Part shown: positions 26,971-34,061 of the stretch, piece by piece | Layout: every line of letters starts with the position of its first letter | Numbering within the stretch: position 1 is the stretch's first letter | Assembly: GCA_026390215.1 (NCBI GenBank) | Contig: JAPLGJ010000190.1 | Span: 1 to 34,061 of the forward strand | Direction: 5' to 3' | Length of the DNA stretch: 34,061 nt | DNA from: Caldisericota bacterium | GTDB lineage: Bacteria; Caldisericota; Caldisericia; Cryosericales; Cryosericaceae | The notes under the pieces: generated by a model | What the model was told of the DNA's origin: nothing | Database searches by the model: none | What the model saw: the letters and a program-made list of their open reading frames with translations, nothing else | Made by a program: the position numbers and the translations under genes

Positions 26971-27554
26971 AGACCGTTCTGTATGGGGGGGCGTTCGACC
27001 CTGTCCATGCTGGTCACGTCTTTGTCGGCCATGAGGCCCTGCGCCTCATGGCTCCTTCCATCCTTATGCTCATCCCCACGGGGCTTCCCAATCCGGATTT
27101 CGACAAGCGCCTCTCCGCATCCGCCGCCGATCGTGTGGCAATGCTTCGGCTAGCCTTCGCAGGGGTGCCTGACGTGGTCATCTCCGAGATCGAATTGAGC
27201 CGTGAGCCAAGGCCGTCCTTCTTCGTGGACACGCTCGAAGGACTCCGCCCGTCGCTGGGTGGAGACAAGCCTGCACTGCTGCTCGGGGAGGACCAGCTTG
27301 TTGCGTTCCCGCAGTGGCATCGGTACCAGGACATCCTGGACCAGGTCGAACTGTGGTTCGTCCCACGCGCCGGCAGGCATCGTCCGGTCAGCCCGGAAGT
27401 CCATGCCAGGGCTCTGTTCGATATCAACCCGTTCGACAGCCTGTCGTCAACCCTGATTCGTGGCCGGTTGCAGCAGGGTCTCTCGGTCGAGGGCCTCGTA
27501 CCCCCGTCGGTCGCCGGGTATATTGCAGAACGCCGATTGTACAGAGCTCCGTGA
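26967..27554 (+). CDS. nadD: Nicotinate-nucleotide adenylyltransferase
   Basis: YGGAFDPVHAGH, DTL, LGED, W, SSTLIR, YI..LY. Confidence 0.93.
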   Translation: MKTVLYGGAFDPVHAGHVFVGHEALRLMAPSILMLIPTGLPNPDFDKRLSASAADRVAMLRLAFAGVPDVVISEIELSREPRPSFFVDTLEGLRPSLGGDKPALLLGEDQLVAFPQWHRYQDILDQVELWFVPRAGRHRPVSPEVHARALFDINPFDSLSSTLIRGRLQQGLSVEGLVPPSVAGYIAERRLYRAP

Positions 27555-28171
27555 CACCCCAGGAGAGAGATACCCTCGTCGGTCTCGTCGCTGGGCGCGT
27601 ATCGAAGAAGCGTCTGGAGCACACGCTCCGCGTGGAGACACTGGCAGTGAGACTTGCCCGTTTCTGGGGAGTATCTGAGGAGAAGGCCAGCGTCGCTTCT
27701 CTGCTGCACGACATCGTGAGGGATGAGCCCGACGCTGCCCTGCTCGGGCTGGCCGAGGACACCGATGACCCTCTGGCTCGTGAGATGGCCGGGACGGCCG
27801 CCCCAGTTGTCCTCCATGCTCCCGTCGGGGCGCTGATCGCTCGGCGCGACTTCGGTGTGTATGACCCCCAGATTCTTCAGGCAATCGCTGTGCACACGAC
27901 GGGCGCGCCCCACATGGACCGACTCGCGATGATCATGTTCCTTGCCGACTACTGTGAATCGGCCCGCCATTTCACCGGCGTCGAGGAAGTACGTTCTCTG
28001 CTGTTCAGCAGTCTCGAAGCGGCTATGCTGCGCGCGCTTGCGCAGACGCTCGCATATTTGCGCCGGCATTCCCGGCCCGTAGACAGTCACACCGTCGACG
28101 CAGCGGCAGCGTTCGCGCGTCTGGCTGCAGAAGACTCACAGGACCTTCACGAGGCGTGTCAACTCACGTAG
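27551..28171 (+). CDS. yqeK: HD-domain Ap4A hydrolase YqeK
   Basis: GTG overlaps the nadD stop; RLEHTLRV, LLHD, LHAPVGA, HTTG, LADYCE; nadD-yqeK adjacency. Confidence 0.9.
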   Translation: MTPQERDTLVGLVAGRVSKKRLEHTLRVETLAVRLARFWGVSEEKASVASLLHDIVRDEPDAALLGLAEDTDDPLAREMAGTAAPVVLHAPVGALIARRDFGVYDPQILQAIAVHTTGAPHMDRLAMIMFLADYCESARHFTGVEEVRSLLFSSLEAAMLRALAQTLAYLRRHSRPVDSHTVDAAAAFARLAAEDSQDLHEACQLT

Positions 28172-28176
28172 GGCGC

Positions 28177-28242
28177 CTGTCCCCTGTTACAACAACTACG
28201 GCTGTCCCCTGTTACAACAACTACGGCTGTCCCCTGTTACAA
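28177..28242. repeat. 25-bp tandem repeat, about 2.6 copies
   Basis: CTGTCCCCTGTTACAACAACTACGG at 28177 and 28202, partial at 28227. Confidence 0.92.
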
Positions 28243-28265
28243 GGCTGGGAGCACCTGCGCCAAGC

Positions 28266-28294
28266 TTGACAGAAGTCTCCGCGCCGTGTAGAAT
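28266..28294 (+). promoter_or_regulatory. tRNA operon promoter
   Basis: TTGACA-17 nt-TAGAAT. Confidence 0.82.
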
Positions 28295-28312
28295 ACTCGA
28301 GTACGTGATCGT

Positions 28313-28387
28313 GCGGGAGTAGCTCAGGGGTAGAGCATCGGCTTCCCAAGCCGAGTGTCGCGGGTTCAAATCCCGTCTTCCGCTCCA
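28313..28387 (+). tRNA. tRNA-Gly(CCC)
   Basis: GCGGGAG/CTTCCGC followed by T-CCA; anticodon arm TCGGC-TTCCCAA-GCCGA. Confidence 0.95.
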
Positions 28388-28389
28388 GA

Positions 28390-28464
28390 GGCGGCATAGC
28401 CAAGTGGTAAGGCAAGGGTCTGCAAAACCCTCATACCCCGGTCCGAATCCGGGTGCTGCCTCCA
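28390..28464 (+). tRNA. tRNA-Cys(GCA)
   Basis: GGCGGCA/TGCTGCC followed by T-CCA; anticodon arm AGGGT-CTGCAAA-ACCCT. Confidence 0.94.
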
Positions 28465-28485
28465 TTTTTCTATCCAGGCATCCCT

Positions 28486-28572
28486 GCCGGGATGGCGGAA
28501 CTGGCAGACGCACGGGACTTAAAATCCCGCGGTGGTAGCACTGTGTGGGTTCAATTCCCACTCCCGGCACCA
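28486..28572 (+). tRNA. tRNA-Leu(TAA)
   Basis: GCCGGGA/TCCCGGC followed by A-CCA; CGGGA-CTTAAAA-TCCCG; long variable arm. Confidence 0.95.
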
Positions 28573-28592
28573 CAGTTGCTGCTATGGTGGCT

Positions 28593-29915
28593 TTATGCCT
28601 CAGTATCCGACCCCGAGTTGCCAAGACTACGTGTGTGGCGGTAGACTCTCCACGTGATCTCGGCATTGCCCATACGTGAGAGTGGAACCGAGATCTCGGG
28701 GTTGGTATCCGCAACCTGCGACCCTGATCCAAACTGGATTCCCATGTTCATGCCGGCAAGGTAGGTCTTCTCATACAGCACGGCGTCGATACCATTCTTC
28801 TTGCGCGTCGTGCCAAGGACGAAGACGCGGGCCCCCTTGAAGTTCCGGTGTCTGACGCGATGCCTGAGCAGCCTGAAGATCCCCAGATCACGCCGTACAT
28901 CAGACAACCCATAGATGTGGTCACTGGGGACGTACGCTGGGTGAAACCGGTCATACTCCTCGACGACCTCGTTGAGGTCAGGCAGCGTTACAGCCATACC
29001 AATGACAGGATGATTCGGCTTCGTCACGTCTTCGACCACGAAGACCAGGTCTTCGATGGCAATCATCCTGAGTCCGCTCGCGAGATAGTCGAACTCCTCT
29101 TCGGAAAACCGTTCAAACTGCGGGTGGACGCTGGTGTCCCATGCCGTGTTATAGATGGTCTTGATGCGGGCCACCTCGTTCGCCCAATCGCTGATCTTGA
29201 CAGATCTGACGGCAAGGCCCTGTCGCGCAAGGCGTTGTTCGAGGTCCTGCCCTCGCTTTCGCATGTTCTCGAGGCGCTCCATGTACGGAGAAGCACTCTC
29301 GTGTGTCATGCGAAATGCATACCAGTCGTTTTCCTTGACTCCCCACCGCTCCAGGAAGCGCGTGTAGTACGGGGGTTGGTACGCCTCCATGACCATGGGG
29401 TGCTTGTCGAACCCATCGATCAGAAGACCGTCCTCGCCGTTGGCGTTGAAGCGTGCCGGGCCGATGATCTTCACCGCCCCGCCCCGCTGGAGATCTTCAG
29501 TCGCCGCGGCCAGCAATGCCGCTGCAGCCTCGTCATCGTCGAATGACTCGAACAAACTAATCCATCCAACCTCACCGTGTACCGCGGACTCATGGTAGGA
29601 ACGGTCGATGAACCCGGCGATGCGTCCGACCGGCTTTCCATCCCTGTGGGCAACGTAGTACTGCAGGAAGGAACAATGATGAAAGAAGGGGTTCGCGCCG
29701 GGGAACTTCTTCTTCCACCAGTTGCGGTCCGGGTTCAGGTCGTTCATCTCCACAGCCAGAAGGGGCATGACTTTGTGAGACTCGGCCGTCGTGTAGAAGG
29801 GTATGCTCCAGACGACGCTGACGAATTGTTTGAGCTTGCTGACTGGCAGGGCAAAGGATCCGTCCACGGAGACCGGCCGGGAGATGAGTCGCTCGATTGT
29901 CACTGTCGTTTTCAT
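28593..29915 (-). CDS. GNAT-fold N-acyltransferase, YghO / bacterial ceramide synthase-like family
   Basis: ATG after SD GGAGG; NPFFHH, RDGKPVGRIAGFID, FESFDD, IIGP..N.EDGLLIDGFD..P..M..YQPPYY, IYNTAW, TLPDLN, WRVY. Confidence 0.72.
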   Translation of the reverse strand: MKTTVTIERLISRPVSVDGSFALPVSKLKQFVSVVWSIPFYTTAESHKVMPLLAVEMNDLNPDRNWWKKKFPGANPFFHHCSFLQYYVAHRDGKPVGRIAGFIDRSYHESAVHGEVGWISLFESFDDDEAAAALLAAATEDLQRGGAVKIIGPARFNANGEDGLLIDGFDKHPMVMEAYQPPYYTRFLERWGVKENDWYAFRMTHESASPYMERLENMRKRGQDLEQRLARQGLAVRSVKISDWANEVARIKTIYNTAWDTSVHPQFERFSEEEFDYLASGLRMIAIEDLVFVVEDVTKPNHPVIGMAVTLPDLNEVVEEYDRFHPAYVPSDHIYGLSDVRRDLGIFRLLRHRVRHRNFKGARVFVLGTTRKKNGIDAVLYEKTYLAGMNMGIQFGSGSQVADTNPEISVPLSRMGNAEITWRVYRHTRSLGNSGSDTEA

Positions 29916-30058
29916 GGTTCCTCCGGGCTGCTGATCATGACAGGTTCGTTGGTGCTCCTGCAATTTCGCTGCTATACTACATTTGAGCCACGTTCTGTAT
30001 CGCACATCATGATACGTGAAACGGGCAACCTGTAAACTGATAGGATGTCCCCGACACC

Positions 30059-31957
30059 ATGCCGCTGATACTGGAGAACCTTGAGAAGATGTACGGCGAT
30101 CGCCTCCTGTTCCGGTCTCAGCACTGCACCGTCGGTGCCGGAGACAAGGTCGGTATCATCGGCCCCAACGGAAGCGGCAAAACGACGCTCCTCCGCATCC
30201 TGGCCGGGGCTGATGACGAGTATGCCGGGTCGGTCCAGATGACCGGTGGGGACAGCGTCTGCTTCATCGATGCTGTTTCGGTGGACCCCGAGCGTACCGC
30301 TCGCCAGATTGTCGCTGAGCCGTTCGAGCACCTCCGTGTCCAGGATGCACGCATCCGCGAATTGGAACGCCTTCTTTCCACGACTCTTGAGACGGATGCG
30401 TATCTCGTCGAGCTCGCCCGGCAAACCGAGCGGTTCGAGGCACAGGGTGGCTACGACTACATCGTCAGCATGAACAAGGCACTCTCCAGCCTTGGGTTCG
30501 CTGCAGAGGACCTTGATCGTTTTGCTGGGACGATGAGTGCCGGAGAAACCTCACGGCTGCGCCTGTCCCGGCTGGTCAGCGACACCAAGGACATCTGGCT
30601 GCTGGATGAGCCTACCAACTACCTGGACATTCCCGGTGTACAGTGGCTCGAGCGCCAGCTCAAGGGGCTGCAGGCCACCGTCCTGGTGGCATCACACGAC
30701 GCCTGGTTTCTGGACCAGGTCTGCAACAAGCTGCTCGTCATCGAAAACGGGGCTCTGCGCCTCTTCAGCGGTGGGTACACCGACTACGTCCGGGTCAGGG
30801 ACGCCGAAGCAGCCGACCGCGCCCAGCATGATGCTGAGCTCAAGCGGGAGATCGAGCGTATGCGGCAGTACGTGGAGAAGTATCGGTACGGGACACGCGC
30901 AAGCCAGGCTGCGTCACGCGAGAAAGCCATGGAACGACTCAAGACGAAGGTCCAGACTGAACCCGCCTCCACCCGCAAACGCGTCCACGTGCGGCTCCGC
31001 AACACGGGAGAGAGCGGAGAGATCGCTCTGCGTCTCGAGCACGTCAGCAAGTCGTACGGCGACCATGCGATTCTCAGCAGGGCAAACGTTACGATCCTCT
31101 CGCGCCAGCATGTGGCCATCCTTGGCCGCAACGGGGCCGGGAAGTCGACACTGCTGAGCATAGCGATGGGGCAGATCGTGCCGGAGGCCGGCGACATCTA
31201 CTGGGGACCGAGCGTGCGGTACTCCTTCTTTCCTCAGAACTACACGCTCTTCGACAAAGAGACTGCCATGGAATGGATCACGGCCCGCCGACCGCAGATG
31301 CTCATCTCGGAGGTCAAGGCCCTGCTCGGCAGTTTTGGCTTCTCCGCCGACCAGATGGACCAGCAGACCGGGGCCATGAGCAGTGGGGAGAAGCAGCGTC
31401 TTCTCTTGGCCCTGCTTTCCACCGAAACGGCCAACATGATCATCCTTGACGAGCCGACGAACTTTCTGGACATCCAGACGCGGGAGTCGCTCGCTTCGAC
31501 GCTCCGGGCGTTCGAGGGGACAGTCCTGTTCGTCTCGCACGACCGGACATTCATCGACGCTGTCGCCGACCGCGTCGTCCTTATCGAACGCAGCCACGTG
31601 TCGGTGCTGGAGGGAAACTACTCGACAAACCGGCAGGGGCTCTTCAACGACCGTCCCGGCCGCACCCTGCCATCTGGTCGCCCGGAAGTCCAGGACACTG
31701 CGAGGTCCATGCGGACGTCACACAACAGGCTCGTGGCCCTTCAGGCTCACGTACGGCTTCTCGAGCGCCAGATTGGCGAGATCGAACAGGAACAGGCCGA
31801 CCTCACCCGGAGACTGCAGGAAGAAGGGCCTGCAATGCAGGGAAGCGATATCGCTTCGCTGTCGGTGCACATTCACGAGCTGCAGGTACGACGGGACGAG
31901 TTGTTCGAGGAGCTGGCAATGGCGGAAGAGCGGTTCCTACAAGCCTCGGCGTCGTGA
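30059..31957 (+). CDS. ABC-F family ATPase (ribosome-associated)
   Basis: Two NBDs (GPNGSGKTT/LLDEPTNYLD and GRNGAGKST/ILDEPTNFLD), SHD motifs, interdomain linker, C-terminal coiled coil, no TM segments. Confidence 0.93.
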   Translation: MPLILENLEKMYGDRLLFRSQHCTVGAGDKVGIIGPNGSGKTTLLRILAGADDEYAGSVQMTGGDSVCFIDAVSVDPERTARQIVAEPFEHLRVQDARIRELERLLSTTLETDAYLVELARQTERFEAQGGYDYIVSMNKALSSLGFAAEDLDRFAGTMSAGETSRLRLSRLVSDTKDIWLLDEPTNYLDIPGVQWLERQLKGLQATVLVASHDAWFLDQVCNKLLVIENGALRLFSGGYTDYVRVRDAEAADRAQHDAELKREIERMRQYVEKYRYGTRASQAASREKAMERLKTKVQTEPASTRKRVHVRLRNTGESGEIALRLEHVSKSYGDHAILSRANVTILSRQHVAILGRNGAGKSTLLSIAMGQIVPEAGDIYWGPSVRYSFFPQNYTLFDKETAMEWITARRPQMLISEVKALLGSFGFSADQMDQQTGAMSSGEKQRLLLALLSTETANMIILDEPTNFLDIQTRESLASTLRAFEGTVLFVSHDRTFIDAVADRVVLIERSHVSVLEGNYSTNRQGLFNDRPGRTLPSGRPEVQDTARSMRTSHNRLVALQAHVRLLERQIGEIEQEQADLTRRLQEEGPAMQGSDIASLSVHIHELQVRRDELFEELAMAEERFLQASAS

Positions 31958-32482
31958 TTCGATTTCCTGCAGCAGCTCTTCCCGGGACGTGAATCCCCAC
32001 CGCTCCAGCAGTTCCTCCGAGAGGTCGTACACGAGAACCTTCTTCAGATAATCCCGTTTTGTCGTCAGGAGCTTGCGTTCGAGGAGCGAGACCAGAGCCT
32101 TGTCGCTCGTGACTCCGCGAAGCTGGAGAATCTCCTTGCGTGTCAGCGCTCCCTTCGTAATGATGAGGGCAAGAACCTCCATGGCCTGCCTGGAGAGACC
32201 GACCTTGGGTCTGGGCTGAGATGGCTCAGGCGTGAGCTTGTCTGGCACCGAAAAGCAGTACTTCTGGCCGTCCTGAACGAGACGGACGCCTCGATTCGCA
32301 TAGTCGGCCTGGAGACTTTCCAGAAGACGCCGGGTCGCCGGGCAGCTCTGTCCTGCCCGACGCGCCAGATAGCGGACGCCCACAGGCCCCTCAGCCGCAA
32401 ACAGGATGGCCTCGAGTCGCTGCTTCGCGGCCTGAAGCTCCAGCCCCGTAATGAATTCCTGACTCTCTCTGCGTTCAGTCAT
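31937..32482 (-). CDS. scpB: SMC-Scp complex subunit ScpB
   Basis: LEAILFAAEGP, Y.NRGVRL, LSRQAMEVLALI, TRKEI..LRGV; downstream of scpA. Confidence 0.88.
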   Translation of the reverse strand: MTERRESQEFITGLELQAAKQRLEAILFAAEGPVGVRYLARRAGQSCPATRRLLESLQADYANRGVRLVQDGQKYCFSVPDKLTPEPSQPRPKVGLSRQAMEVLALIITKGALTRKEILQLRGVTSDKALVSLLERKLLTTKRDYLKKVLVYDLSEELLERWGFTSREELLQEIESRRRGL

Positions 32483-33167
32483 CTGGTTTCCCCACGTATG
32501 CGACGGCAATACCCTCGAACCGACTCTGCTGAGCAATGTGGAGGACCCCCATCTTGGTCAGGATGAGAATCGCCAGAAAGCTCAATACCACGCGCTCCCT
32601 CGAGTCAGATGAGTCAAAAATGTCCTCGAACAGCATCGTTCCCCTCTCCTGCAGCAGTGTCCGAAGTTCCCGCATGACCTGCTGGAGGCTCAGATAGACC
32701 GGTCGCTGATTCTCGCTCCTGACGGGCTGGCGCGCCGCGACCCGTTCGACGATGCGCGCAAGTGCCTCGAGGAGAGCGTCCGACACCTCGTCACCCGTCT
32801 GCTCCTCCGCTGGAGGCAGCGTCGTCCGGACATTCGGCCTCTTGTATGGGGCTCTGTCCGCGTTCACTTCCTGAAGGACCTCGATGATGGGCCTGGCGTA
32901 CAACCCCGCCTCATCCAGCGCTCTGATCCCTTCGAGCAGGGATCTCTCCTGCGAGGCGGCGTGCCCAAAGAGGACAAACTCGCTCTTCAACTTGAGAAGA
33001 TCGGCCAGCATGTAGACGAGCTCGGCATGCTCCTCGACCCCGGCATCGCGCCGAATGGTCATGCTGCAGTAGTCCACCAGGCGCTCCACGACGATGTCGG
33101 CGACGTCGGCACGCCCCGCCCGCCCCAGGAGTCTCAGGTTGTTCACAGAATCCGTCAGGCCCGCCAC
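32475..33167 (-). CDS. scpA: Segregation and condensation protein A (divergent)
   Basis: LADLLKLKS and C-terminal VLSFLAILIL..QQSRFEGI; trpS-scpA-scpB order. Confidence 0.8.
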   Translation of the reverse strand: MAGLTDSVNNLRLLGRAGRADVADIVVERLVDYCSMTIRRDAGVEEHAELVYMLADLLKLKSEFVLFGHAASQERSLLEGIRALDEAGLYARPIIEVLQEVNADRAPYKRPNVRTTLPPAEEQTGDEVSDALLEALARIVERVAARQPVRSENQRPVYLSLQQVMRELRTLLQERGTMLFEDIFDSSDSRERVVLSFLAILILTKMGVLHIAQQSRFEGIAVAYVGKPDD

Positions 33168-33169
33168 GT

Positions 33170-34060
33170 TCAGATCCCTATGACCTCCCTGACCATGCGC
33201 ACGGTCTCGGCCGCGACCACCGAGGCCTTTGCGCGGCCTTCTGCCAGGATGCGGTCGACCGACTGCGGATCGGCGGCAAAGGCGGCACGGCGCTCCTGGA
33301 ACCCGACCAGCCTCTCCGAGACCATCACAGCGACGGAGCGCTTGTGGGCGACACAGCCAAGGCAGCCCTGTTCACACTGAGTCTTGGCTTCTGGCGCTGT
33401 GTCCGGCTGAAACAGCTTGTGATACTGATAGATGACACAGCCGGCTTCCGGGTGGCCGGGATCGTCCCTGCGTACCTTCAACGGGTCCGTGTAGGCCGTC
33501 ATCATGCGCTTCCCCGTCACTTCGGGCGGGTCGGACACCACGATGTCGTTCTCCAGAGACTTGCTCATCTTCCGTCCGTCGAGGCCCGGCAGCATCTGAA
33601 ACTCGTTCAGGATGGGCTGAGGCTCCGGGAAAAGGTCAGTGCCGTAGGTGTGGTTGAAGGTGCGCACCAGTTCGCGCGTGAATTCAAGGTGTGGGACCTG
33701 GTCCTTGCCGACGGGCACTGCTTCCGCACGGTACGCCATGATGTCGGCGGCCATCAGGACCGGATAGCTCAACAGGCCGAGGTTCACGTTGTCCTTGAGG
33801 CCCATGTCCCGGATCATTTCCTTGACGGTCGGGTTTCGCTCGACCCAGGAGACGGGGGTGATCATCGCAAGAAGCGTGAACAGATAGGCATGCTCCGGTA
33901 CGTCTGACTGACAGAAGATAGCCGACCTCTGCGGGTCGAGTCCCGCTCCCAGCCAGTCGAGGACCATGTCGCGCCGGTACTCGTGGATGGAGCCGCTCTC
34001 GTTCCACTTGGTCGTCAGTGCATGCATGTCCGCCACCATGAAGTAGCAGTCGTACTCGTC
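33170..34060 (-). CDS. trpS: Tryptophan--tRNA ligase, 5'-truncated by window edge
   Basis: ADMHALT, QSDVPEH, YPVLMAADI, VPVGKDQVPH, KMSKS. Confidence 0.96.
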   Translation of the reverse strand, partial: DEYDCYFMVADMHALTTKWNESGSIHEYRRDMVLDWLGAGLDPQRSAIFCQSDVPEHAYLFTLLAMITPVSWVERNPTVKEMIRDMGLKDNVNLGLLSYPVLMAADIMAYRAEAVPVGKDQVPHLEFTRELVRTFNHTYGTDLFPEPQPILNEFQMLPGLDGRKMSKSLENDIVVSDPPEVTGKRMMTAYTDPLKVRRDDPGHPEAGCVIYQYHKLFQPDTAPEAKTQCEQGCLGCVAHKRSVAVMVSERLVGFQERRAAFAADPQSVDRILAEGRAKASVVAAETVRMVREVIGI

Positions 34061-34061
34061 C

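Noticed and set aside
28177-28242. Possible CRISPR remnant
   Set aside because: Head-to-tail 25-bp units with no unique spacers.
28196-28732. 178-aa minus-strand ORF
   Set aside because: It is antisense to three tRNA genes.

Overview
A GC-rich bacterial chromosomal segment made up mostly of housekeeping genes: DAK2/FakA-like (partial), purine and pyrimidine nucleoside phosphorylases, a DHH-CBS tRNA nucleotidyltransferase, a zinc-ribbon protein, rnpB, tpiA, a CorC-like protein, ybeY, pgpH-like, rsmD, recG, deoB, a lysylphosphatidylglycerol-synthase-TM protein, mazG, mfd, pth, rplU-rpmA-obgE-nadD-yqeK, tRNAs Gly/Cys/Leu, a YghO/bCerS-like GNAT, an ABC-F ATPase, scpB, scpA and trpS (partial). 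The stalk-domain surface protein resembles those of Caldiserica (Cryosericum-like); this is inference only. The accessory part is a ~2.8 kb integrase-less island at the 3' end of tRNA-Ile2(CAT), bounded by GGGCCCACCA direct repeats. It holds two ~242-bp non-coding direct repeats, each directly behind a tRNA or tRNA-like 3' end, around a self-contained AT-richer cassette encoding a secreted beta-propeller with near-identical blades. Other oddities: an RNase P RNA that lacks P18 and overlaps the upstream CDS, an obgE that appears to need an ATT start codon, a triplicated hairpin after rnpB, and a probably leaderless pth. All coordinates and counts were read by eye.
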